Source of the DNA: an uncultured Candidatus Rokubacteria bacterium
GTDB taxonomy: Bacteria > Methylomirabilota > Methylomirabilia > Rokubacteriales > CSP1-6
Length of the DNA: 64,000 nucleotides
Assembly (NCBI GenBank): GCA_963762145.1
Contig: CAVXJS010000014.1
Coordinates: 512,001-576,000, forward strand
Reading direction: 5' to 3'
Below, in pieces: positions 10,300 through 19,385 of this stretch (its first letter is position 1; each line of letters starts with the position of its first letter). A program made the translations under genes and the position numbers. Under the pieces are notes generated by a model, which was not told the DNA's origin, made no database searches, and was given only the letters and a program-made list of their open reading frames with translations.

Positions 10300-11487
10300 A
10301 TGGCGACCCGGGTCGTGATCGTGGGCGGCGGTCTCATGGGGCTCTCCGCCGCGTTCCACCTGCGGCGCGCCGATCCCGGCGGGCGCGTCACGGTGCTGGA
10401 GCGCGCCCGCGTGGGCGACGCCGCCTCCGGGGCCAGCGCGGCCGGCGTGCGGGCGATGGGACGCGATCCCGCGGAGCGGGCGCTCGCGCTCGCGAGCCTC
10501 GCGCGCTGGCCCGGGCTCGATCGCGAGCTGGAAGCGCCCACGCGATACTGGCGGACCGGCGGCCTGCGCCTGGCGCTCGACGAGGCGAGCTGGCGCGCCG
10601 CTGCGCCGTGGGTGGCCGAGCAGCGCGCGGACGGGGTGCCGGTGGAGCTCGTGGACGCCGCGGCGGCGCGCGCGCTCGCGCCCGGGATCGCGGCGGGTTG
10701 CCTGGGCGGCGTGCACGCGCCGATCGACGGGCAGGCCGAGGCCCGGCCCGCGACCGAGGCCTTCGCCCGCGCCGCGCGGCGGCTCGGCGCGCGCGTCGAG
10801 GAGGGCGTGGATATTGGCGCGCTCCTGGTCGAGGGCGGGCGGGTCGTTGGCGTCGAGCGCCGTGACGGCGCGCGGGAGGTCTGCGACGCGGCGATCGTGG
10901 CCGCGGGCGCGTGGAGCGCGCCGCTCCTCGCGGGCGTCGGCGTGACGCTGCCGATCGAGACGCGCCCGCTCCAGATGCTGCTCACGGAGCCGGGCGCGCC
11001 CGCGCTCCGGCCGGTGCTGGGCGCGTTCGACCGCCGGCTCAGCCTCAAGCAGCTCGACGACGGCGCCTACCTGATCGGCGGGGGCTGGCCCGCGCGCGTC
11101 ACCGATCACGCGGGCAATCGCTACGAGATGCTGGAGGCGAGCGTGACCGCGAGCCTCGAGACGGCGCGCGCGGTGTTTCCTCCCGCCGGCGCGTGCGCGC
11201 TGGCGCGGGGCTGGGCCGGCCTCGAAGCCTTCACGCCGGACGACTTGCCCATCCTGGGCCCGGTCCCCGGCATCGCCGGCCTGCTGGTCGCGGCCGGCTT
11301 CTCGGGCCACGGCTTCGCCCTGAGCCCGATGATCGGCGACATCCTCGCGCGCCTGGCCCTCGGCCAGGACGCGCTGGAGCCCATCTGGACCGGTCTACGC
11401 TTCGATCGGGGTCAGGCTCGAATTACGACATTTCCCGGCCTCGGCGATGAGTCGCCGCCCGCCGCGAATGTCGTAATTAAGACCTGA
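10300..11487 (+). CDS. FAD-dependent amine/amino-acid oxidoreductase (DadA/sarcosine oxidase beta family)
   Basis: VIVGGGLMG Rossmann motif, AAGAWS, TPDDLPILG, GFSGHGFALSP. The last ~27 codons come from a repeat element. Confidence 0.9.
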   Translation: MATRVVIVGGGLMGLSAAFHLRRADPGGRVTVLERARVGDAASGASAAGVRAMGRDPAERALALASLARWPGLDRELEAPTRYWRTGGLRLALDEASWRAAAPWVAEQRADGVPVELVDAAAARALAPGIAAGCLGGVHAPIDGQAEARPATEAFARAARRLGARVEEGVDIGALLVEGGRVVGVERRDGAREVCDAAIVAAGAWSAPLLAGVGVTLPIETRPLQMLLTEPGAPALRPVLGAFDRRLSLKQLDDGAYLIGGGWPARVTDHAGNRYEMLEASVTASLETARAVFPPAGACALARGWAGLEAFTPDDLPILGPVPGIAGLLVAAGFSGHGFALSPMIGDILARLALGQDALEPIWTGLRFDRGQARITTFPGLGDESPPAANVVIKT

Positions 11488-11490
11488 CCC
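11408..11490. repeat. Family-A palindromic element, copy 1 (two inverted ~27-bp arms around a unique spacer)
   Basis: GGGGTCAGGCTCGAATTACGACATT ... AATGTCGTAATTAAGACCTGACCC. Confidence 0.9.
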
Positions 11491-11496
11491 GCAGGC

Positions 11497-12771
11497 TTAG
11501 CGGCCGCGGGTGAGCTGGGCGGGGCGGGCGCCGTGGGCGCTGCGCCGCTCGGCGTTGGCGCGGGCGCGCTGCCGATCCTCCGCCTTGCGGGCGCGGATCT
11601 GCGCGATGCGCTCGGCCAGCGGGATCTCCAGCTTGTCCGCCGGCCGCTTGGTGTAGTCGAAGCCCTGCAGCTGCGTGCGCGGGAAGCGCGAGCCCACCGC
11701 GCGCTCGATGCCGCGCAGGTCGCCCTCCTCGTCCGGCGAGACCAGGGTGAGCGCGTCGCCCACCGCCTCGGCCCGCGCGGTGCGGCCCACCCGGTGGATG
11801 TACTCGTCGGGCATGCCCGGCACGTCGAAGTTGATCACGTGGCTGAGCGCGTCGATGTCGATGCCGCGGGCCGCGATGTCGGTGGCCACCAGCACCTGGA
11901 AGCGGCCGTCCTTGAACCCGGCCAGCGCCTGCGTCCGCTGGGCCTGGCTGCGGTTGCCGTGGATGCGGTCGGCCTTGACCCCGTGGCGGGCCAGGTAATC
12001 GGCCAGCCGGTTGGCCCGGTGCTTGGTGCGCGTGAAGGCGAGCACGCTGCGGGTGCCGGGCTGCTTGAGCAGCTCGACCAGCAGCGCCGACTTCAGCTCC
12101 TGCGGCACCGGGTACACGGTGTGGGTGATGCCGACCGCGGGCGCGGACGGCCGCTCGATCTGGATCGCCACCGGATCGTGGAGGATCTGCTTCGCGAGCG
12201 CCGCGATGGGGCCGGGCATGGTGGCGGAGAGCAGCAGCGTCTGCCGGCGCGCCGGGAGCTGCTTCAGGATCCGCTGGATGTCCGGCAGGAAGCCCATGTC
12301 CAGCATGCGGTCGGCCTCGTCCAGCACCAGCACCTGGAGGCCGTCGAGCTTGGTGTAGGGATAGCGCATGTGGTCGAGCAGCCGGCCCGGCGTGGCGACG
12401 AGGATGTCCACCCCGCGGCGGAGTGCCGACTCCTGCGGGCCCATGCCCACGCCACCGAAGATGGCCGCGCCGCTGACCCGCGTATGGCGGGCGAGCTGGC
12501 CGCGGTGCTCGTCGATCTGGGCCGCGAGCTCCCGGGTGGGGGCGATGATCAGGGCACGCGTGGTGCCTCGGGGAAGCCCGATCAGCTTCTGCAGAATCGG
12601 CAGCAGGAACGCCGCGGTCTTGCCGCTGCCGGTCATGGCGCAGGCGAGCACGTCCCGCCCGGCCATGGCCGGGGGAATGGCGTCACGCTGGATGGGGGTC
12701 GGGGCCTGGAAGCCCAGGGCCTCGACGCCACGGAGCAGATCGGGATGAAGCTGGAATTCGGAGAAAGACAT
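11497..12771 (-). CDS. rhlE: DEAD-box ATP-dependent RNA helicase (RhlE-like)
   Basis: Q motif PTPIQ, TGSGKT, PTRELA, DEAD, SAT, ARGID, HRVGRTAR. Confidence 0.93.
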   Translation of the reverse strand: MSFSEFQLHPDLLRGVEALGFQAPTPIQRDAIPPAMAGRDVLACAMTGSGKTAAFLLPILQKLIGLPRGTTRALIIAPTRELAAQIDEHRGQLARHTRVSGAAIFGGVGMGPQESALRRGVDILVATPGRLLDHMRYPYTKLDGLQVLVLDEADRMLDMGFLPDIQRILKQLPARRQTLLLSATMPGPIAALAKQILHDPVAIQIERPSAPAVGITHTVYPVPQELKSALLVELLKQPGTRSVLAFTRTKHRANRLADYLARHGVKADRIHGNRSQAQRTQALAGFKDGRFQVLVATDIAARGIDIDALSHVINFDVPGMPDEYIHRVGRTARAEAVGDALTLVSPDEEGDLRGIERAVGSRFPRTQLQGFDYTKRPADKLEIPLAERIAQIRARKAEDRQRARANAERRSAHGARPAQLTRGR

Positions 12772-12935
12772 GGAGCGAGTAACCTCTTGCGGGCACAGCC
12801 GGGCCCGTACAGTCTTCCGCGGATTTCTTGGCGCGCCCCACGATGCGGAAGAGGACGGGAAACGCGGTCTGCGATGTTGCAGTGACTACAGCATACACGC
12901 GGCCGGCGGCCGGCGCGAAGAAATAACGCTGGGCG

Positions 12936-13157
12936 TTACTCCGTGCGCTGGGCCATCCGCTCCGCGATCTCCGCCTCGAAGAGCTGGAGCGTCAGCGGGC
13001 AGGGCGGCTCGTTGGTGTCGATGTGCTGGCACTCGGTCTCGCTGCAGCGGACGAAGAGCTTGCCGTGGCCGCCGAGCGACTGGCGGCGGCGCAGCGAGAT
13101 GGAAACGGTTTCCGAGACGACGCTGCAGTCGTACGACTTCGTGGGAGTCCGGGGCAC
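12936..13157 (-). CDS. Small hypothetical protein with four Cys (possible metal binding)
   Basis: Fills an intergenic gap. GTG 13157 is preceded by AGGAAAGGA (alternative start ATG 13181). Sequence pattern YDC...RCSETECQH...PPCP. Confidence 0.6.
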   Translation of the reverse strand: MPRTPTKSYDCSVVSETVSISLRRRQSLGGHGKLFVRCSETECQHIDTNEPPCPLTLQLFEAEIAERMAQRTE

Positions 13158-13303
13158 GGGGGATCCTTTCCTCGCGGTCATTGCGACCGAGGGCCCCAGT
13201 ATACACGTTCTCGACGGGTAAATCAGGCCCCACGGGTAGCCGCGCCCCGCGCGCGGATCGGCCGGACAGCGCCATGTAGCACGCTGAGTTATACTCCACC
13301 GCG

Positions 13304-14281
13304 ATGCGCGCCCTGATCTGTCGTGCGTGGGGACCGGTCGACGACCTGAAGGTGGAGGAGATCGCCCCGCCCGAGCCCGCCGCCGACGAGGTGCTGATCG
13401 ACGTGCGCGCCACCTCGGTGAACTACGCGGACTCCATCATGGTGGCGGGCAAGTACCAGACGCGCCCGCCGTTCCCGTTCAGCCCGGGGCTCGAGACCGC
13501 GGGCGTGGTGGCGCGCTGTGGCGCGGGGGCCACGCGCTTCAAGCCGGGCGACCGGGTGATGGCCACGCTGGCCTGGGGCGGGCTCGCCGAGCAGGCGGTG
13601 GCCAAGGAGTCGGAGACCTTCCCGATCCCCGACGGCATGTCCTTCGACGAGGCGGGCGCCTTCCCCATCGCGTACATCTCGAGCGACGTGGCGATCCGCT
13701 GGCAGGGCCGGCTCGAGGCAGGCGAGACGCTGCTGGTGCTGGGCGCGGCGGGCGGGGTCGGACTCACCGCGGTCGAGATCGGCAAGGCGATGGGCGCGCG
13801 CGTGATCGCGGGGGCGAGCACCCCCGAGAAGCTCGCGGTCGCGCGGGAGCACGGCGCGGACGAGGGGATCAACTACGCGACCGAGAACCTGACCGAGCGG
13901 GTGATGGCCCTCACCGGGGACCGGGGCGCGGACGTCTGCTTCGACCCGATCGGTGGCGAGCTGGCCGACGCCGCGCTGTCCTCGCTCGGGTGGGGCGGCC
14001 GCATGCTGCTGGTGGGCTTCGTGGGCGGCGTGCAGCAGATCCCCGCCAACCGGCTCCTGGTCAAGAACCGCTCGGCGCTCGGCTGCTCGCTGCGGCACTA
14101 CCGCTTCAACGCCCCCGACAAGCTGCGCTCGTCCGTGCAGGCTCTGATCGGCTGGTACGCGGCGGGCAAGCTCAAGCCTCACGTCAGCCACCGGCTGCCC
14201 CTCGACCGCGCGGTGGAGGCGATCCGCCTGCTGACCGACCGCCGAGCTCTCGGCAAGATCGTCGTCACGCTCGGGAGCTGA
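13304..14281 (+). CDS. NADPH:quinone oxidoreductase (MDR family)
   Basis: GKYQTRPPFPFSPG, LGAAGGVG, GKIVV. Confidence 0.92.
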   Translation: MRALICRAWGPVDDLKVEEIAPPEPAADEVLIDVRATSVNYADSIMVAGKYQTRPPFPFSPGLETAGVVARCGAGATRFKPGDRVMATLAWGGLAEQAVAKESETFPIPDGMSFDEAGAFPIAYISSDVAIRWQGRLEAGETLLVLGAAGGVGLTAVEIGKAMGARVIAGASTPEKLAVAREHGADEGINYATENLTERVMALTGDRGADVCFDPIGGELADAALSSLGWGGRMLLVGFVGGVQQIPANRLLVKNRSALGCSLRHYRFNAPDKLRSSVQALIGWYAAGKLKPHVSHRLPLDRAVEAIRLLTDRRALGKIVVTLGS

Positions 14282-14285
14282 GCCG

Positions 14286-15041
14286 GTGGAGATCCGCGTC
14301 GAGGCGCACGGTCCGCACGTCACGGTGGTCACGATCGACAACCAGCCGAAGCTCAACGCGATGCCCCGCGCGATGCTCGCGGACCTGGGCCGGATCTGGG
14401 ACGAGCTCGAGCGCGGGAGCTGCCGCGCCATCGTGCTCACCGGGGCGGGCCCGCGCGCTTTCTGTGCGGGCGCGGACATCAGCGGCGACCTGAGCGCCTC
14501 CGCGGAGACCGCGCGGGTGGTGGGCCACGCGCTGCTCAAGCAGGACGCGTACGCCAAGCCGATCGTGGCCGCGGTCAACGGTGATTGCGTGGGCGGCGGC
14601 GTGGAGCTGCTGCTCTCCACCGACATCCGCGCGGCCGCCCCGCACGCCCGCTTCGGCCTGCCCGAGGTGAAGTGGTCCATCTACCCGTTCGGGGGCGCCA
14701 CCCTCAAGCTCCCGCAGCAGATCGGCCACGTGCACGCGATGGACCTGCTGCTGACCGGGCGGCTGATCGACGCGGCGGAGGCGGCCAGACTGGGCCTCGT
14801 CAATCGGATCGTCCCCGCCGAGGGCCTGATGGCCTGGGCCCTCGAGACCGCGGAGGCGATTGCGGCCAACAGCCCCTCCGCGGTGCAGGCGGTGAAGCGG
14901 CAGATCAGCGCGACCATCGCCGATCACGCGCGCGGCCGCGAAGCGCTGGAGCAGGAGCTGGGCGACCAGGTGCGGGCGAGCGCGCACTTCCGGGAAGGCG
15001 TGGCCGCGTTCCGCGAGAAGCGACGGCCGCGCTACGAATGA
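14286..15041 (+). CDS. Enoyl-CoA hydratase/isomerase family protein
   Basis: AFCAGAD, KPIVAAVNG, GGGVE, FGLPEV. Confidence 0.92.
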   Translation: MEIRVEAHGPHVTVVTIDNQPKLNAMPRAMLADLGRIWDELERGSCRAIVLTGAGPRAFCAGADISGDLSASAETARVVGHALLKQDAYAKPIVAAVNGDCVGGGVELLLSTDIRAAAPHARFGLPEVKWSIYPFGGATLKLPQQIGHVHAMDLLLTGRLIDAAEAARLGLVNRIVPAEGLMAWALETAEAIAANSPSAVQAVKRQISATIADHARGREALEQELGDQVRASAHFREGVAAFREKRRPRYE

Positions 15042-15066
15042 TCGAGCGTCGAGAGAGGAGTGTCCG

Positions 15067-16116
15067 ATGACCGCGCCGGTTCGCGTCCACATCCGGGTGC
15101 CGGGCACCGCGCCCATGCCCGAGCTGATGCGCCTGATCCAGTCGATCGAGTCGGCCGGCTTCGACGGGGCCGGCATCCTCGACAGCCAGATGATCTCCCG
15201 CGACACCTTCGTCACCCTCGGCCAGGCCGCGACGCATACCTCGCGGATGCAGCTCTTCCCCGCGGTCACCAACCCGTTCACGCGCCACGCTTCGGTGCTG
15301 GCGGGCGCGATCCAGACCGTGGAAGAGCTGGCCCCGGGCCGGGTGAAGTTCGTGATGGGCACCGGCTACACCTCGGCCACCACCATCGGGCGCAAGGCGG
15401 CCACGCTCGCCGAGATGCGCGAGTCCATCGCCACCATCAAGACGCTGCTCGCGGGCGAGAGCGCGCGGTTCGGCGAGATCGCGGGGCGCCTGGGCTACGC
15501 GGGCGGCCGGCGCATCCCGGTGCTGATGGCCGCGTCGGGGCCCAAGGCCATCGAGGTCGCGGGCGAGGTGGCCGACGGCGTGCTGCTGCTCGTGGGGAGC
15601 AACCGCGGCATCGTGCAGCGCGCGCTCGAGCTGCTCGAGCGCGGGGCCAAGCGTGCGGGGCGCAAGGTCGAGGATCTCGAGGTCATCTGGGCGGTGCGCA
15701 CCGCCGCGCTGCCGACCACCGCGGAGGCGCTGCGCCAGGCGCGGCCCACGTCGGTGCACTGGGGCATCCTGCGCTGGGGCGGCTACTGGCTCGAGCCCGC
15801 GGGCCTGAAGCTGCCGCCGCTCACGATCCCCGACGCGGTGTGGAAGATCTATCCCGATCTCTCCCACGCCCACGACTGGGAGGCGGCCATCGCCGCCACG
15901 TCGTTCGTGCCCGACGAGGTGGTGGCCCAGCTCTGCGAGGCGATGGGCCTGATCGGCACTCCCGACGACTGCGCCACCCGCATCGGTGAGCTGACCAAGC
16001 TCGGCGTGCAGAACCTTTACCTGATGCCGCTCGAGACCTTCACCCCGCCGGTCCGCGAGATCGCGGCCTTCCGCGACACCGTCTTCCCCCGCCTCGCCAC
16101 CGCCGGCCTTCGTTAG
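15067..16116 (+). CDS. LLM-class flavin/F420-dependent oxidoreductase (Mer-like)
   Basis: AVTNPFTRH, AASGPKA, GEVADGV, IGTPDDC. Confidence 0.9.
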   Translation: MTAPVRVHIRVPGTAPMPELMRLIQSIESAGFDGAGILDSQMISRDTFVTLGQAATHTSRMQLFPAVTNPFTRHASVLAGAIQTVEELAPGRVKFVMGTGYTSATTIGRKAATLAEMRESIATIKTLLAGESARFGEIAGRLGYAGGRRIPVLMAASGPKAIEVAGEVADGVLLLVGSNRGIVQRALELLERGAKRAGRKVEDLEVIWAVRTAALPTTAEALRQARPTSVHWGILRWGGYWLEPAGLKLPPLTIPDAVWKIYPDLSHAHDWEAAIAATSFVPDEVVAQLCEAMGLIGTPDDCATRIGELTKLGVQNLYLMPLETFTPPVREIAAFRDTVFPRLATAGLR

Positions 16117-16242
16117 GGGTCAGGTCTTACATTCCGACATTGCGCTCGGGGTCAGGTCTTGAAATACGACATCCCGGCGAACGCGGCCGAGATGAGAGCG
16201 ATCTCCCGCGTAGCGGGAATGTCGGAATGTAAGACCTGACCC
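16116..16242. repeat. Family-A palindromic element, copy 2 (three arms)
   Basis: Forward arms 16116-16141 (GGGGTCAGGTCTTACATTCCGACATT) and 16148-16172 (GGGGTCAGGTCTTGAAATACGACAT); inverted arm 16218-16242. Confidence 0.92.
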
Positions 16243-16246
16243 TAGC

Positions 16247-17842
16247 CTAGCGCTGGGCGGCGAGGTGCTCGGCTAGCTTGAACTTCTGGACCTTGCCGGT
16301 GCTCGTGAGCGGCAGGTGCTCTCGCGCCATGACGTGGATCTCTTGCGGGACCTTGTAGGCCGCGAGGGCGTCGCGGCAGAGGGCGCGGAGGGCGGCGGGA
16401 TCGGCGGCACGGCCGGGCTTCGCCACCACCACCGCGACCAGGATCTCTTCTTTTCGGGGATCGGGGATTCCCACGACGTAGGCTTGCTCGACGCCCGGGT
16501 CCGACAGCAGCACCTCCTCGACCTCGAGCGGCGCCACGTTGATCCCGCCGGTCTTGACCATCTCCTTGATGCGCCCGCGAAACCGCAGCCGCCCGTCCTC
16601 CCCGATGAACCCGATATCGCCGGTGAGCAGGAAGCCGTCGGCGTCGAAGGACTCGGCGTTCTTCTCGGGATCGCGGTAGTAGCCCGGCGTGAGCAGCCCG
16701 CGCACCAGGATCTCGCCGACCTCGCCCACCGGCAGCGGCTTCCGGCTCTCGCGGTCCACCACGCGCACTTCCTGGCCGGGCAGGGGGAAGCCCACCGTGG
16801 TGAGCCGCACCTCGGGCGAATCGTGCGCGTCGGTCACCGAGCAGTTGCCGTAGCACTCGGTGAGCCCGTAGACGTTGCAGATCTCGCGCGCGCCGAGGTC
16901 CATCACCATCTGCATGGCCGCGGGCGGGCCGATGGCGGCACCGGTGCGGAGCGATGACAGATCGCGCCGCGCCCGGTCGGGATGCTCGGTGAGCGCCAGC
17001 GCGATGTTCGGCGTGCCGTAGTACACCGTGCAGCGCTCGCGCTCGATCAGGGCCAGCGCCTCCCCGGCGTCGAGCTGCTCCTGCAGTACCAGCGTGCCGC
17101 CGTGACTCATCACCGCGACCAGCGCGTTGGCGCCGAAGCTCCAGAAGAGCGAGATGCCCATCCACATGCGGTCGGCCGGGGTCAGATGCTGCCGCTCACC
17201 GATGTTCCACATGTTCTCGAGGAGGCCGCCGTGGCAGAGCTGCACGCCTTTCGGTGTCGAGGTGGTGCCGGAGGTGTAGAGGATGCAGGCCACGTCCGCT
17301 GGCGTCACCCCTCGCTGCGCGGCGTCGATCTCGGCGTCGGGCACGTCGCAACCCATGGCGTCCAGGTCGTCCAGCGCGATCGTCCCCGGCGCGCGCTCGA
17401 CGCCCGCGACCACCACGCGGCGGAGGTCCGGCAGGCGGGCCGAGCCCGGGCCGCCCATCTCGGTCACCGCGTCCGTGAAGCGCTGCGCGCCGAGCCGCGG
17501 GATCGTGATGAGCGTGCTGACGCCGCAGTGGGCCAGCACGTACTCGAGCTCGCGCGGGCGCGACCACGTGCTGATCGGCACCAGCGTCGCCCCCAGCGTG
17601 GTCACCGCGAAATCGATCAGCAGCCACTCCGGCCGGTTGGTCATGATCAGCGCGACTCGATCGCCCGCGACGACGCCGAGCCGCCGCAGCCCCTTGGCGA
17701 GCCGCCGCGCCCGCTCGCGCGTCTCCGCGTAGCTGAGCCGCTCCCCGGCTCCCACGATCAGCTCGTGATCCGGCTGGCGCGCGGCCAGCTCGTCCAGGAG
17801 GTCAGGAAGGGTGCGGCTCCGCGGCCGCGGCGCGCCACTCAC
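16247..17842 (-). CDS. AMP-binding acyl-CoA synthetase
   Basis: YTSGTTSTPKG, YGLTE, TGDIG, GRIKEMVKTGG, TGKVQK. Confidence 0.93.
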   Translation of the reverse strand: MSGAPRPRSRTLPDLLDELAARQPDHELIVGAGERLSYAETRERARRLAKGLRRLGVVAGDRVALIMTNRPEWLLIDFAVTTLGATLVPISTWSRPRELEYVLAHCGVSTLITIPRLGAQRFTDAVTEMGGPGSARLPDLRRVVVAGVERAPGTIALDDLDAMGCDVPDAEIDAAQRGVTPADVACILYTSGTTSTPKGVQLCHGGLLENMWNIGERQHLTPADRMWMGISLFWSFGANALVAVMSHGGTLVLQEQLDAGEALALIERERCTVYYGTPNIALALTEHPDRARRDLSSLRTGAAIGPPAAMQMVMDLGAREICNVYGLTECYGNCSVTDAHDSPEVRLTTVGFPLPGQEVRVVDRESRKPLPVGEVGEILVRGLLTPGYYRDPEKNAESFDADGFLLTGDIGFIGEDGRLRFRGRIKEMVKTGGINVAPLEVEEVLLSDPGVEQAYVVGIPDPRKEEILVAVVVAKPGRAADPAALRALCRDALAAYKVPQEIHVMAREHLPLTSTGKVQKFKLAEHLAAQR

Positions 17843-17856
17843 GATGGAGTCACGAT

Positions 17857-17939
17857 GGGGTCAGGTCTTGAAATACGACATTCGCAGTGTCGCGGGGAGT
17901 GCGCGGCGCCCGAAATGTCGTAATTCAAGACCTGACCCC
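17857..17939. repeat. Family-A palindromic element, copy 3
   Basis: GGGGTCAGGTCTTGAAATACGACATT ... AATGTCGTAATTCAAGACCTGACCCC. Confidence 0.92.
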
Positions 17940-17941
17940 GG

Positions 17942-18463
17942 CTAGGAGGCGTAGTGGTCGCGGGCGAGCGGGGGCTTCACGTCCTCGCCGGTGAAGAGCA
18001 CGGTGAGGACGACCTCCACCGAGTGGTTGATGGCGAGCCCCTGGCAGCCGATGGCCGCGCGGGTCGGCTTGCCGCGGTCGCCGTAGAGCTCGACCAGCAG
18101 GTCGGTGGCGCCGTTGATCACGCGCGGCTGCTGGGCGAAGCCGGGCGCGGAGTTCACGAAGCCGATGAGCTGCACCGCCTGCTGCACGCGGTCGAGATCG
18201 CCGAGCGCGTACTTGACCGCGGACAGGCTCGTGATCGCGGCGTAGCGCGCGGCCTCGTAGCCCTGCTCGATCGAGAGGTCCGCGCCGACGATCCCGGGCA
18301 GGTACGGCCGGCCGTCCTTCACCGGCGTGGTGCCGGAGAGGTAGAGCATGTTGCCGACCGCCAGGTGCGAGATGAACCGCGCCCCGGAGGCGTTGCCGCG
18401 GTAGTGCTGATCGAGATCGGGCAGGGTCAGGCCGAGCTGGGCGAGCTTCGCCTCGACGAGCAT
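17942..18463 (-). CDS. RidA/YjgF family protein (Rid1-type)
   Basis: MLYLSG, GADLSIEQGYEAA, QPRVINGATDLLVELYGD, TRAAIG. Confidence 0.88.
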   Translation of the reverse strand: MLVEAKLAQLGLTLPDLDQHYRGNASGARFISHLAVGNMLYLSGTTPVKDGRPYLPGIVGADLSIEQGYEAARYAAITSLSAVKYALGDLDRVQQAVQLIGFVNSAPGFAQQPRVINGATDLLVELYGDRGKPTRAAIGCQGLAINHSVEVVLTVLFTGEDVKPPLARDHYAS

Positions 18464-18478
18464 GGCGGCCGGGTCCGG

Positions 18479-19288
18479 TCAGCGGCCCTGGAACTGCGGC
18501 CGGCGCTTCTCCGAGAAGGCCTTCACGCCCTCCTGGTAGTCCTGGCTGTTGAAGCAGTCGGTGATCAGCCGGTCCAGCATGGCCAGGTCGCGGTCGGCCG
18601 ACGGCTTCAGGAGCTGCTCCACCGTGGCCTTGGCCGAGCGCAGGGTGAGCGGGGCGTTGCGCGCCATGGTCAGCGCGTAGTCCCGGGTGAAGCGCTCGAG
18701 GTCCGCCTTCGGCACTACCTGGTTCACCAGCCCCATGCGCAGCGCGTCCTGGGCGCTGAAGTCGGTGCGCGCGGTGAAGAACAGCTCCTTCGTGTACGCG
18801 GGGCCGATCAGGTGCATCAGCTTTTCCATACCCTTGTAGTGATAGCCAAGGCCCAGGCGCGCGGCCGGGATGCCGAAGCGGGCGTCGTCGGCCGCGATGC
18901 GCATGTCGCACGTGATCGCGATGCCGACCCCGCCGCCGATGCAGAAGCCGTGGATCATGGCGAGCAGGGGCTTGCCGAGCGTGGCCAGCGACTCCGATCC
19001 GGCCGCCGAGATGCGCCGGTACTCCTCCTCGTCGGCCGCGTTGCGGCGGCGGTCCTTGAACTGGGAGATGTCGGCCCCGGCGACGAAGGCGGTCTCGCCC
19101 GCCCCGCGCAGGATCACCACCCGGATCGCGGGGTCCCCGGAAAGGTCGCGCACGTACTCGGGCATGCGCTGCCACATCTCCTGGCTCACCGCGTTGCGCT
19201 TGTGCGGCTGATTGAAGGTGATCCAGCCGATCGGCCCGTCCTTCTCCATCAGCAGCGTCTCGGCCTGGCTCGTCACGGTCTCGCTCAT
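18479..19288 (-). CDS. Enoyl-CoA hydratase/isomerase family protein
   Basis: AFVAGADISQF, KPLLAMIHGFCIGGG, FGIPAARLG. Start ATG 19288 after GGAG. Confidence 0.92.
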   Translation of the reverse strand: MSETVTSQAETLLMEKDGPIGWITFNQPHKRNAVSQEMWQRMPEYVRDLSGDPAIRVVILRGAGETAFVAGADISQFKDRRRNAADEEEYRRISAAGSESLATLGKPLLAMIHGFCIGGGVGIAITCDMRIAADDARFGIPAARLGLGYHYKGMEKLMHLIGPAYTKELFFTARTDFSAQDALRMGLVNQVVPKADLERFTRDYALTMARNAPLTLRSAKATVEQLLKPSADRDLAMLDRLITDCFNSQDYQEGVKAFSEKRRPQFQGR

Positions 19289-19385
19289 GGGCGGTCTCTC
19301 CTGGTCTCGGGGTGCCGTTCGCCCACTGGTGTATCCCGTCCGCCGGCTTCGCGCAAGTGCGGTATCCTCGGCCGCACCCCGGACC

